Assembly (NCBI GenBank): GCA_021413905.1
Contig: JAIOPO010000001.1
Location: 137,159 to 201,158 of the forward strand
Length of the DNA: 64,000 nt
Direction: 5' to 3'
Source: Candidatus Nomurabacteria bacterium
GTDB taxonomy: Bacteria; Patescibacteriota; Minisyncoccia; Phycocordibacterales; UBA9973
Made by a program: the position numbers and the translations under genes. Below the pieces are notes generated by a model. That model was not told where the DNA came from, did no database searches, and was given only the letters and a program-made list of their open reading frames with translations. Shown one piece after another: positions 8,437-17,837 of this stretch (the first letter of the stretch is position 1; the number at the start of each line of letters is the position of its first letter).

Positions 8437-8733
8437 ATGGAAAAAAATGCACTTTTTTATATGGCGAATTTGTATCCGGAAATAGGAAGACTTTTTTCAT
8501 TTTATGATTCCGGAAAGATTGAAGCTGTGCAAAATGCTCAAAAAAGATCTTTGGATATTGTCGATAAAATATTATCTTTTAATGAAGAAATAAAACCAGC
8601 CGGAAGGGAAGAATGGAATGTTATAAGAAATTTTATTTTAGCTTTTGATAAATTGGATAGTGAAGAAAGAAATATTTTAGAAAAATACGCAGAACCTTTT
8701 TCTTATAAATTTATGAATCAATATACATCTTAA
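8437..8733 (+). CDS. Small hypothetical protein (98 aa)
   Basis: ORF beginning 1 nt after the previous stop. Overlaps the convergent rsmE end by 4 nt. No recognisable motifs. Confidence 0.4.
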   Translation: MEKNALFYMANLYPEIGRLFSFYDSGKIEAVQNAQKRSLDIVDKILSFNEEIKPAGREEWNVIRNFILAFDKLDSEERNILEKYAEPFSYKFMNQYTS

Positions 8734-9425
8734 ATCCCTTGTACTGCGCGATAGGTGGCGATGATGCCGGCGGTTTCTCCACGGAGAGTGAGTGAACCGA
8801 GAGATGCCACAGTATAATCATATTCTTTTGCGAGAGTTATTTCTTTTTCAGAGAAACCGCCTTCAGGCCCGACAAAAATAGCTATTTCTTTTGCATTTTT
8901 GTCGGGCCTGTATTCTGTATCAACTAAATGAAAAATAACTTTTTCATTTTTATTTTTACCATGCTCTAGGGCATTTTGAAAATTCATAGTATCTAAAAGT
9001 TCCGGCACGACGCTTCGGCCGGATTGTTCGCTCGCTTCACGAATTATTTTTTCAATGCGTTCTGTATTCAATCCTGTTTTTACTGTGCGTTCGGTTATTG
9101 TCGGTATTATACAGCTCACTCCGCATTCGACGGATTTTTGCACAGCTATTTCAAAATTTTCTTTTTTTAAGATTGCCAAATATAAATACACTTTTCGCTT
9201 CGGTTCTTTTGTTTCTATTCTTTTTTCTATCTTACAAATTATTTCATTGTGTGAAAGGAAAGAAATGACAACTTCTGTTTCAATACCTTTTCCATCGCAA
9301 AGTATGAGTTTGTCGCCCTCTTCTAGTCTCAAAACACCCTTTATTTGCTTGATATTTTCAGGATTTGTGATTTTAACCTCTTTTTTATTTAAATCAAAAT
9401 TTCCAATAAATCTATGTAATCTCAT
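8730..9425 (-). CDS. rsmE: 16S rRNA (uracil1498-N3)-methyltransferase RsmE
   Basis: 231 aa. Starts MRLHRFIG. Has GPEGGFSEKE and SLGSLTLRGETA motifs typical of RsmE. Confidence 0.85.
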   Translation of the reverse strand: MRLHRFIGNFDLNKKEVKITNPENIKQIKGVLRLEEGDKLILCDGKGIETEVVISFLSHNEIICKIEKRIETKEPKRKVYLYLAILKKENFEIAVQKSVECGVSCIIPTITERTVKTGLNTERIEKIIREASEQSGRSVVPELLDTMNFQNALEHGKNKNEKVIFHLVDTEYRPDKNAKEIAIFVGPEGGFSEKEITLAKEYDYTVASLGSLTLRGETAGIIATYRAVQGI

Positions 9426-9462
9426 ATTTTATATGATACACTTAGATAGATAAAAATCCAAA

Positions 9463-10950
9463 TTGAGAAAAGTGTCAATTTGTAGTAAAATTAAAACAAT
9501 GTCATTAAAACCAAATCGAGTTCAAATAATCAAATATGCGCCACCACCACCGGAATTACCCGTATATGGCAAAATAAAACCTGAAGAAGTTTCTTTTATT
9601 GGGCGGACAAATTATGTCGCAGCTCTCGAAGAAAAGAAATTTATTTTTGGAATAAAACGTATCGACAGACGAAGACATTTATATATTGTCGGTAAATCAG
9701 GAGTAGGTAAATCAAAATTACAAGAATTAATGATTCGCCAAGACATAGCTTATGGCTATGGTGTCTGTGTTATAGATCCGCACGGAGAATTGATAGATGA
9801 TATTTTGGAATTTGTTCCGGAGAATCGCATTGAAGATGTTTGTATTATCGACCCGAGCGATGTGGATTTTCCTGTTTCTTTTAATCCTTTGGCAAATATT
9901 GATCCAGGGTTTAAACATCAGCTCACTCAAGGTTTGATTGAAGTTTTGAAAAAGCAATTCGGTTCAAACTGGACACCGCGTCTAGAACACGTATTTCGTT
10001 TTACTGTGCTTGCTTTGCTCGACTATCCATATGCCACAATGCGCGGAATGATTTCAATGTTGACCGACAGAAATTATAGACAAAAAGTAGTCGAATATAT
10101 CGAAGATGATATGGTTAAAAGATTCTGGGCTATAGAATTCGCTGATTGGTCTGAAAAATTCGACACAGATGCCATCATTCCGCTCGTGAATAAACTCGGA
10201 CAATTCCTCTCAGACCCTATGCTTCGCAATATTTTCGGTCAAATAGAAAACAAAGTTGATTTGGAAAAATTAATGAATGAACAAAAAATAATTTTCATTA
10301 ATTTGTCAAAAGGGCGTATCGGAGAAGAAAATGCTTCTTTCTTTGGAGCGATGTTTATCACAAAAATAAAACAAGCCGGTATGGCTCGTGCAAAACTTGC
10401 CAAAGAAGATAGACATGATTTTTATTTATATGTGGATGAGTTTCAGAATTTGGTGACAGACACATTTGAAAACATTTTATCTGAAGCTCGTAAATATGGT
10501 TTGAATCTGACTGTGGCGCACCAATACGTGAGTCAACTTTTGCCGAAAGTGCAACAAGCTGTGATGGGTAATGTAGGCTCTATTATCACATTTCGTGTCG
10601 GTGGTGATGATGCAGTAAAATTAAAACCTGAATATGAACCTATTTTCGGAGTGAAAGATATGATAAATCTGGGAGTGGGAGAATTTTATATCAAAATGAC
10701 GATTGATGGCGAGAGTTATGATCCTTTTTCCGCAGAGACTTTGAAAGTTTTACCACCGACACATCCTTCATATAGAGAGCGCATTGTGGAAGCTTCTCGC
10801 AGGAAATACGCAATGCCAGCCGAAGACGTGAAGCGTGTTTATGAACAAGAAGAATCAATGATTGTCCGTAGCGCAAAAGAAAAGTCAGCAATCGTTAGCG
10901 ATAAGATTGAAGATAAAAAAACTGAAGAAGATATCAGTCCGTTAATATAA
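9463..10950 (+). CDS. Soluble VirD4/TraD/TrwB-like (T4CP family) P-loop ATPase, paralog 2
   Basis: 495 aa. IVGKSGVGKS, VIDPHGEL, FYLYVDEFQN, LTVAHQYVSQL. About 50% identical to paralog 1 over the ATPase core with the same motif order. No TM segment. Confidence 0.8.
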   Translation: MRKVSICSKIKTMSLKPNRVQIIKYAPPPPELPVYGKIKPEEVSFIGRTNYVAALEEKKFIFGIKRIDRRRHLYIVGKSGVGKSKLQELMIRQDIAYGYGVCVIDPHGELIDDILEFVPENRIEDVCIIDPSDVDFPVSFNPLANIDPGFKHQLTQGLIEVLKKQFGSNWTPRLEHVFRFTVLALLDYPYATMRGMISMLTDRNYRQKVVEYIEDDMVKRFWAIEFADWSEKFDTDAIIPLVNKLGQFLSDPMLRNIFGQIENKVDLEKLMNEQKIIFINLSKGRIGEENASFFGAMFITKIKQAGMARAKLAKEDRHDFYLYVDEFQNLVTDTFENILSEARKYGLNLTVAHQYVSQLLPKVQQAVMGNVGSIITFRVGGDDAVKLKPEYEPIFGVKDMINLGVGEFYIKMTIDGESYDPFSAETLKVLPPTHPSYRERIVEASRRKYAMPAEDVKRVYEQEESMIVRSAKEKSAIVSDKIEDKKTEEDISPLI

Positions 10951-10964
10951 AATTTTAAAAAAAT

Positions 10965-10992
10965 TTGACCAAAGTTTTTGCTTGAGTATAAT
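10965..10992 (+). promoter_or_regulatory. Sigma70-like promoter TTGACC-N16-TATAAT for dnaJ (leaderless configuration)
   Basis: ttgacc at 10965-10970 and tataat at 10987-10992. The dnaJ ATG at 10999 is 7 nt after the -10 box. Confidence 0.45.
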
Positions 10993-10998
10993 ACAAAT

Positions 10999-12099
10999 AT
11001 GAGTAAAGATTATTATGAACTATTGGGTATAAATAAAGGCGCGAGTAAAGAGGAGATAAAAAAGGCCTTTCATAAAATGGCGCATAAATATCATCCTGAT
11101 AAAAAAGAAGGAGATGAAAAGAAATTCAAAGAAGTAAATGAAGCGTATCAGACTCTCTCTGACGATAGAAAGCGCGCGCAGTATGACCAATTTGGCGCAG
11201 GTTATCAGAATGCTGGTTTTGGTGGTGGACAGAGCGGATATCAAGGTGGTTTCGGAGGAGGTTTTGAAGGATTTGATTTTTCCGGTTTCCAACAAGGTGG
11301 TGGAATGGATTTTGATTTAAATGATATTTTCTCAGATTTCTTTTCCGGAGGTATGGGCGGAGGTAGAACACAACAAAGACGTGGACGAGATATTTCTACT
11401 GAAATACAAATTTCTTTTGCCGATGCGGTTTTTGGCGTGGACAGAAAAATTTTAATTACAAAGACTTCAAATTGTGATACTTGTCATGCTAGTGGTGCAA
11501 AACCTGGAACCAAAATGGAGACTTGTAAGAAATGCAATGGTCAAGGAAAAATACACGAAGCAAAGAGGACGATATTGGGAACAATTTCCAGCACAAAACT
11601 TTGCGAGCAATGTTTTGGCTCAGGCGAAGTACCGAAAGAAAAATGTGAGAAATGTCATGGTGTGGGTGTTCTAAAAAAACAAGAAGAAATATCTATCGCA
11701 GTGCCTGCGGGCATTCGTGATGGCGAGATGATACGCATGACGGGCATGGGTGAAGCTGTTTCTAAAGGCACTACTGGCGACTTGTATATAAAAATAAATG
11801 TTGCTCCGCATCCTGTGTTCAAACGCGATGGGCATGACCTAGTGATGAATTTAAATTTGAAACTTTCTGATGCATTACTCGGCACTGAATACAAAATAGA
11901 AACTTTGGACGGGGAAGTGAAAGTGCAAATTCCTGAAGGTGTCACCATAAATGAAATCTTGCGAGTGAAAGGCAAAGGCGTACCTGTATCAAAAGGCAAA
12001 CGTGGCGATATCCTTATAAAACTAAATATAAAACTCCCTTCAAAAATCTCCCGCAAATCTCGCGAGTTAATCGAGGAACTCAAAAAAGAGGGGATTTAA
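10999..12099 (+). CDS. dnaJ: Molecular chaperone DnaJ (Hsp40)
   Basis: J-domain DYYELLGI...[17 protein letters not shown]-rich linker, four CxxCxGxG zinc-finger repeats, C-terminal dimerisation region. The start is chosen at MSKDYYE rather than the upstream TTG. Confidence 0.95.
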   Translation: MSKDYYELLGINKGASKEEIKKAFHKMAHKYHPDKKEGDEKKFKEVNEAYQTLSDDRKRAQYDQFGAGYQNAGFGGGQSGYQGGFGGGFEGFDFSGFQQGGGMDFDLNDIFSDFFSGGMGGGRTQQRRGRDISTEIQISFADAVFGVDRKILITKTSNCDTCHASGAKPGTKMETCKKCNGQGKIHEAKRTILGTISSTKLCEQCFGSGEVPKEKCEKCHGVGVLKKQEEISIAVPAGIRDGEMIRMTGMGEAVSKGTTGDLYIKINVAPHPVFKRDGHDLVMNLNLKLSDALLGTEYKIETLDGEVKVQIPEGVTINEILRVKGKGVPVSKGKRGDILIKLNIKLPSKISRKSRELIEELKKEGI

Positions 12100-12987
12100 T
12101 TATTTAAATCTTTTCTTAAACTTATTCGCTATCATGGTATAGCAAAGCTGGGCTGCGCCGTATTCGGTCAGTATTGTGTCGTGTTGTGGGGAGACTTCCA
12201 CGATATCTGCGCCGACGAGTTCTTTTTTCTGGATTATTTTTTCCAAAAGATTTACTCCATACCACCATTCAAGTCCGCCTTGTACGGATGTACCAGTGCC
12301 AGGCATATGAGCAGGGTCAAAACCGTCCACATCTATCGTGATATAAACATATTTTGTTTTAATTGATTTCAAGATTGTTTCTATTGTAGGTATTTTGCCT
12401 GCGCCCCATTCAAAAACAGTCACATCATTTTTTTTATTGCTGAAATAATTATATTCATCACGAGAATATGTGCGGATGCCGACTTGCACTAGAGGGAAGC
12501 CAAGCTCGCTGGCGCGACGCATCACGCAAGAATGCGCATAATTTGTCGGGTCATCACTATAATCACTGTCGTCATTTCGCAAATCGCAATGCGCATCTAT
12601 TTGAACTATTGTGATATCTTTTGATTTGTGTTTTTTAGACAAAGCTTGCAATGCACCTAGAGACACAGAATGCTCTCCACCCAAAAGGAAAACAAATTTT
12701 CCAGTTTCACCTAATTCAGCGCATTTATCGATAATTATTCCCAAAGCTTTTTCTGGAGAATGTTTATCCAAATTGCCTAGGTCCGCCTTTGCTGTTTTTA
12801 TAAAATCAGTCGGCTCACATTTTAACTTTCTATCAAAAAATTCTATTTGTTTTGAAAGCTGACCGATGATTGCCTTTGGTCCGTCCGCTGTGCCTTTGTG
12901 CGAAGACGCAGTTTTCTCATAGCTTGCAGAGAGCATTACTACATCCGCTTTTTTAATATCTTTTTCATTTATTATTGAATCACTCAT
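12100..12987 (-). CDS. Arginase/agmatinase-family ureohydrolase
   Basis: 295 aa. GGEHSVSLG, DAHCDL, DVDGFDP and PGTGT metal-binding motifs of the arginase fold. Confidence 0.8.
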   Translation of the reverse strand: MSDSIINEKDIKKADVVMLSASYEKTASSHKGTADGPKAIIGQLSKQIEFFDRKLKCEPTDFIKTAKADLGNLDKHSPEKALGIIIDKCAELGETGKFVFLLGGEHSVSLGALQALSKKHKSKDITIVQIDAHCDLRNDDSDYSDDPTNYAHSCVMRRASELGFPLVQVGIRTYSRDEYNYFSNKKNDVTVFEWGAGKIPTIETILKSIKTKYVYITIDVDGFDPAHMPGTGTSVQGGLEWWYGVNLLEKIIQKKELVGADIVEVSPQHDTILTEYGAAQLCYTMIANKFKKRFK

Positions 12988-12995
12988 TTTGTTAT

Positions 12996-14372
12996 TTAAA
13001 TTTTACTTATCTTATAATTCTCTCCTAAGTCCTTTACTTCATATCCTAAATCATTTATTTGTTTTCGCAAGTCGTCTGATTTTTGGAAATCTTTATTTAT
13101 TCGCGCCATGTTTCTTTCTTCTGCTAATTTTTTTATTTCTTCAGGGATTATTTTTTTTGTTAATTTTTCAAAACCAAGCCCCAATACTCTATCAAAATCC
13201 AATACAGTCGCGCGTTTGTATGCAGGGGAAACATTTTCATCTTTCAATACATCCCACAATAAGGTCAAAGCTTTTGGTGTGTCCAAGTCATCTTCTATAA
13301 AATCTTTAAATTTTTGTTGGTATTCAATGTTTACAGAACCATTGTCATTTCCAAGACCCAAGTATAGATTATAAAGGCGTTTTAGGGCTGTTTCAGCGCC
13401 CTCAAGCACTTCCCAGCTGAAGTTTACCTTTGTGTGATAGTTTGCCATCAATAGCCAAAAACGATAGGTAATGGGTTTTATGTTTTTTTCTTCCAGTGAA
13501 CTCAATTTCAAAAAATTATTTTCTGATTTAGCCATTTTTTCTCCGCCTGTGTCCACGAATTCATGATGAAGCCAAAATTTAACAAAAGGACTTTTGCTGG
13601 TCGCGCATTCGGATTGAGCTATTTCATTTGTATGATGCACAGGGATATGATCTATGCCTCCGGTATGTATGTCGAATTGTTCACCCAGAAATTTTATTCC
13701 CATTGCAGAACATTCAATATGCCAGCCTGGGAAACCTTGACCCCAAGTAGAAGGATAGCCGATTTTCTTGTCCAATTTCCACAATGCAAAGTCAGCCGGA
13801 TTTTTCTTTTCAGAATTTACTCCAATTCTTGATTCTTCATTTGATTTTTGTTGTCCACCTTTTAATGCTCCGTATTCAGGAAATTTTTCTGTATCAAAAT
13901 AGATGCCGTCAGTTGTTTTATATGTGTATCCTTTTTTCTCCAATTTTTCAATAAGCTCCACATCTTCTTTTACATAGTCGCTCGCATAATACAAACCATC
14001 AGGCATATCAATATTTAATTTATTTAAATCTTCTTTAAATTTTTCTGTGTAAAATTCTGCAAGCGTGCGCATATTTTGCAATGTGAGTTCTTTTCCTTCA
14101 CGCAAGAGACCTTTAGTCATTTTATCTTCTCCGGAATCAGCATCGCTGGATAAATGTCCTATGTCTGTAATATTCATTACTTGTTTTACATTTAGCCCTG
14201 AATATTTTAAAGTCTTGCGCAAAATATCGGCAAATACATAAGAACGCAAATTACCTATGTGCGCATAGTTGTATACCGTCGGTCCGCAAGAATACATACG
14301 GACTTCTTTTGGATCAATAGGAGAGAAATCTTCTTTTTCTCGGGTCAGTGTGTTGTAGAATTTTAAAGCCAT
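12996..14372 (-). CDS. cysS: Cysteinyl-tRNA synthetase
   Basis: 458 aa. SCGPTVYNYAHIGN (HIGH region), zinc-binding Cys residues, KMAKS-type second motif. Class I CysRS architecture. Confidence 0.93.
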   Translation of the reverse strand: MALKFYNTLTREKEDFSPIDPKEVRMYSCGPTVYNYAHIGNLRSYVFADILRKTLKYSGLNVKQVMNITDIGHLSSDADSGEDKMTKGLLREGKELTLQNMRTLAEFYTEKFKEDLNKLNIDMPDGLYYASDYVKEDVELIEKLEKKGYTYKTTDGIYFDTEKFPEYGALKGGQQKSNEESRIGVNSEKKNPADFALWKLDKKIGYPSTWGQGFPGWHIECSAMGIKFLGEQFDIHTGGIDHIPVHHTNEIAQSECATSKSPFVKFWLHHEFVDTGGEKMAKSENNFLKLSSLEEKNIKPITYRFWLLMANYHTKVNFSWEVLEGAETALKRLYNLYLGLGNDNGSVNIEYQQKFKDFIEDDLDTPKALTLLWDVLKDENVSPAYKRATVLDFDRVLGLGFEKLTKKIIPEEIKKLAEERNMARINKDFQKSDDLRKQINDLGYEVKDLGENYKISKI

Positions 14373-15274
14373 TTTTTAAGTTTAAAATAAATAAATGCGA
14401 TAATACTGGACAAAAGCATCGCGCCGAGAACAGCGTAGAATTCATAAGTATTTTGAATAAGTGAAAAATCTGTGTTCATCATAAATATACTGGAAATTAA
14501 AGTTGCAGGTGCAATTAAGAAGGTTATTATTGTCAGAGTTTTAATGGTTTCATTTGTTTTTGTTGAGAGTAATGAATCATTGGTTTCTCGCAAATCAGTC
14601 AATAAATCTTTATGATTTTCCAGCATACTCATTATTTTTTGATACTCACTTGCAATGTCTTCTAAATAATAATTAAAATTATTATCAAAAAATTTCTTGC
14701 CGGCTGATTCAAAACTTCTCAATGTTTGATTATGAAAACGCATTGCTTGTTTGAAGTCTAGCAATTTTCTGTTTACTTCTGATATTTTTTTAACTGTTGT
14801 TTTTTCTTTACCTGCAAAAATATCTCTTTCAATAGAGCGCATTTCAGGATGCAGTTTTTCTATTTCACTGGCAACATTTTTATATAATTCTTTTACTATA
14901 TGATAAAACAAATAACCGGCATGGTCTTCGTTATTTTTTTTAGTATTTAGAGAATTCAATTCTAATTTTTTAAAGAAATCATTTAAAGGATTTACCAATT
15001 CATAATGTATTGTAATTAAAAAATTTTTACCAATGACAAAATCTATTTCTTGTTCTGTTTTTAGATGTCTTTTTTCGTGAGCTGTTGGAAAATGAAGTAT
15101 TAAATAAATCAAATTGGAATAAACGTCAACTTTCGAACGAACTGTCTCTGATACGAATTCTTCGGCGACAAATGGAGGTATATTGAATTCTTCCACCAAA
15201 TGAGCCACCTCTTCTTCTGAAGGAGATTGTAAATCTACCCAAGTGATATCATTGTATGTATATTTTGAAATCAT
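14363..15274 (-). CDS. corA: CorA-family magnesium/cobalt transporter
   Basis: Internal Met start MISKYTYNDITWVDL... The ORF-track N-terminal 110 aa is rejected because it overlaps the rplU promoter/start. Two C-terminal TM helices carry an MMN variant of the GMN motif. Confidence 0.8.
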   Translation of the reverse strand: MISKYTYNDITWVDLQSPSEEEVAHLVEEFNIPPFVAEEFVSETVRSKVDVYSNLIYLILHFPTAHEKRHLKTEQEIDFVIGKNFLITIHYELVNPLNDFFKKLELNSLNTKKNNEDHAGYLFYHIVKELYKNVASEIEKLHPEMRSIERDIFAGKEKTTVKKISEVNRKLLDFKQAMRFHNQTLRSFESAGKKFFDNNFNYYLEDIASEYQKIMSMLENHKDLLTDLRETNDSLLSTKTNETIKTLTIITFLIAPATLISSIFMMNTDFSLIQNTYEFYAVLGAMLLSSIIAFIYFKLKKWL

Positions 15275-15358
15275 GCTATTTATTATAGCAAATGCTTGAT
15301 TTGCTTCCAAATTTAATAAAGCTTGCTTTTTAAACGGTTTTGATATAATATAGAACTT

Positions 15359-15676
15359 ATGGAATTTGCAGTAATACAAACAGGCGGAAAACAATACAAA
15401 GTCTCTAAAGGAGGCCTTGTTTCTATTGAGAAAATAAAGGGAGAATTTAAAAAAGGAGACAAGGTTTCCTTTGACAAAGTCCTTCTCGTTGATGATGGAA
15501 AAGATACGACTGTCGGTGCTCCGTATATCTCTGGTGCAAAAGTAGATGGTGAAATCATCGAAATCGGACGTTCTCGCAAAGTTTTGGTTGTTAAATACAA
15601 ACAAAAATCTCGCTACCTACGCCGTAACGGTCACCGTCAACCATTCTTCAAAGTAAAAATAACTTCTATAAAATAA
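15359..15676 (+). CDS. rplU: 50S ribosomal protein L21
   Basis: 105 aa. MEFAVIQTGGKQYKV... is typical of L21. Preceded by extended -10 TGaTATAAT at 15341-15349. Confidence 0.95.
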   Translation: MEFAVIQTGGKQYKVSKGGLVSIEKIKGEFKKGDKVSFDKVLLVDDGKDTTVGAPYISGAKVDGEIIEIGRSRKVLVVKYKQKSRYLRRNGHRQPFFKVKITSIK

Positions 15677-15685
15677 TAAAAAAAT

Positions 15686-15710
15686 CCTTCATATGTGAGG
15701 GGTTTTTTTA
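15686..15710. terminator. Intrinsic terminator between convergent rplU and recR
   Basis: ccttca-tatg-tgaggg hairpin followed by T7. The recR stop codon overlaps the T-run. Confidence 0.5.
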
Positions 15711-16319
15711 TTGTCTATTTTTGAATGCGTTTTTTAATGTGTCGTTGTCAGAGTATTCGAGTTCTGTGCCTGTGGAAAGTCCACGACCGAGGGAAGAGAT
15801 TTTTATATTTAATTTTTCAGCAATATCGCGCAGTTGATTGCGAATATAAAAATCCGTATGGTCGCCTTGTGGGGAAAGTGAAAATGCTAAAATAATTTCT
15901 TTTAAATTTTTTTGATTTGTGATTTTTTCTTTTAATTCATTTAGTCGCACTCGGCTCGGTGTACTTTTTTCAACTATCGGCACAAGCCCACCGAGAATAA
16001 AATATTTGCCATGATAAATGCGACTTTTGTTTATGCTTTCCAGATCGGAATCTTTCTCGATTATCATCATCGTGGAATCATCGATATTCGAATCACGACA
16101 TATTTCACAAATTTTGTTTTGATTTCCTTGATTTATAAAAAATTTAAAACAATCTTTGCATTGTGATATGTCTTTTTTTAAATCTAAAATCATTTTGGAT
16201 AAAATTTCAGAGTAGCTCGGGTGCCTGGACATCAAAAAATACACAAAGCGTCGCGCTTGTCTTTCGCCGATACCAGGGAATTCTTTGAATATTTCAGTTA
16301 GTTTTTCTATTGAATCCAT
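15708..16319 (-). CDS. recR: Recombination protein RecR
   Basis: 203 aa. N-terminal HhH (FPGIGERQARR), C4 zinc finger (CKDC...CEIC), Toprim domain. Confidence 0.9.
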   Translation of the reverse strand: MDSIEKLTEIFKEFPGIGERQARRFVYFLMSRHPSYSEILSKMILDLKKDISQCKDCFKFFINQGNQNKICEICRDSNIDDSTMMIIEKDSDLESINKSRIYHGKYFILGGLVPIVEKSTPSRVRLNELKEKITNQKNLKEIILAFSLSPQGDHTDFYIRNQLRDIAEKLNIKISSLGRGLSTGTELEYSDNDTLKNAFKNRQ

Positions 16320-16330
16320 TTTATTTATTT

Positions 16331-17722
16331 TTAAAATTCATCTAAGGAAGTGCTGACTTTCGATGGAGCGAATTCACTCAAGCTGTTTTTTTCCATATTT
16401 AAGAATGAAGTAGTCTTATCATCAAAGTAAAGATCGACTTTTCCAGTAGGGCCATTTCGGTGTTTTTCAATCAATATTTCAGCGATATTTGTGCGTTCTG
16501 ATTCATCTTTTCCTTTATCTTCACGATGAATAAACATAACAACATCCGCGTCTTGTTCGATAGATCCGGAGTCACGAAGGTCGGAAAGACGAGGTTTGCC
16601 ACCGCGTGATTCCACTGCACGAGAAAGCTGTGAAAGAGCGAGCACAGGCACATCGAGTTCTTTTGCAAGACTTTTTAGGGAGCGAGAAATTTCTGTAACT
16701 TGATTGACCATAGAATCATAATTTTTTGATGTTGTCATGAGTTGCAAGTAGTCCACAACAATCAAGTCCAGACCTTTTTCAGCTTTGAGGCGACGACTCG
16801 CGGCTTTCATTTTTGCTATAGAGTTGCCGGCTTCATCGTCAATAAATATTTTTGCTTTAGAAAGTTTATCCAAAGAATCTCGCAATTGAGAAAATTCTCT
16901 ATCTGATGACAAATTTCCTGTGCGTAAATTCCAAGCATTGACTCTGGATTCTGCAGACAACATTCTGTCTATCAATTGTTGAGTGGACATTTCAAGAGAA
17001 AAAATACCTACAGATTTGTCGTGTACCGTCGCTGCCATACGAGCTATATCAAGAGCCAGTGTAGTCTTACCGACGGATGGACGCGCTGCGAGAATAATCA
17101 AGTCTGATTTTTGAAAACCGGACAACATAACATCCAAATCTCGAAATCCTGTAGGAATACCACGCATCTCACCTTTATTCTCGTGCAATTTTGAAAGTCT
17201 GTCGAATGCTTCCGGCAATGCGTCTTTCATACTCACGAATTTTTTATTTTTTGGAGAAGAAACGACACTGAAAACTTTTTTCTCCGCCATATCCAAGATA
17301 TCTTCCATATGTTCTTCACCTTCATTGAAAGCAAGTTCGGAAACAAAATCTGCCGCATCTATGAGAGAACGCAATATGAATTTCTTTTGAACTATGTCTG
17401 CATAGTGGCGCACATTTGTAGAAGAAGGAACGACATTTACTATTTCCGCCAAATATTGATTGCCTCCGATATTGTCCAATAACTTTTGTTCGCTTAATTT
17501 TGTCGAAAGCGATAGCATGTCTATCGGTTCATTTTTATTATTCAAATCCATCATTGCTTGAAAAATTATCTTGTGTTTTTCAGCATAAAAAGAATCTGCA
17601 TTTATTACATCTTCTATTTCATGAAGCGCGTCTTTACGCAACATAATAGAACCCAAGACAGCTTTTTCTGAATCGAGACTTTGTGGAGGAATTCTTATTT
17701 CATTTTTCTTCATTTTTACCAT
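16331..17722 (-). CDS. dnaB: Replicative DNA helicase DnaB
   Basis: 463 aa. GIPTGFRDLDVMLSGFQKSDLIILAARPSVGKTTLALDIA Walker A plus DnaB N-terminal domain. Confidence 0.95.
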   Translation of the reverse strand: MVKMKKNEIRIPPQSLDSEKAVLGSIMLRKDALHEIEDVINADSFYAEKHKIIFQAMMDLNNKNEPIDMLSLSTKLSEQKLLDNIGGNQYLAEIVNVVPSSTNVRHYADIVQKKFILRSLIDAADFVSELAFNEGEEHMEDILDMAEKKVFSVVSSPKNKKFVSMKDALPEAFDRLSKLHENKGEMRGIPTGFRDLDVMLSGFQKSDLIILAARPSVGKTTLALDIARMAATVHDKSVGIFSLEMSTQQLIDRMLSAESRVNAWNLRTGNLSSDREFSQLRDSLDKLSKAKIFIDDEAGNSIAKMKAASRRLKAEKGLDLIVVDYLQLMTTSKNYDSMVNQVTEISRSLKSLAKELDVPVLALSQLSRAVESRGGKPRLSDLRDSGSIEQDADVVMFIHREDKGKDESERTNIAEILIEKHRNGPTGKVDLYFDDKTTSFLNMEKNSLSEFAPSKVSTSLDEF

Positions 17723-17837
17723 AGAGTTATTCTAACACAGTGAAAAAATAGTCAAAATAAAAAAGTGGGCAAGTCTGTTATTAAAGTGGGGAAAAGATTA
17801 TTCAATTTTTTTAAAAATGTGGTAATATTATAAAGTT

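Noticed and set aside
8226-8733. The 69-aa and 98-aa ORFs as one frameshifted gene.
   Set aside because: They are in different frames with only 1 nt between stop and start, but there is no homology-based reason to join them. Kept as separate small ORFs.
14363-15604. Full 413-aa ORF as the corA gene.
   Set aside because: The first about 110 aa have no CorA similarity and overlap the rplU start/promoter region on the other strand. The internal Met (MISKYTYNDITWVDL) gives a canonical CorA length.
17723-17837. T-box leader upstream of trpS (and similarly for cysS, serS, gltX, aspS).
   Set aside because: Intergenic regions are only 40-115 nt with promoters abutting start codons, far too short for T-box riboswitches.
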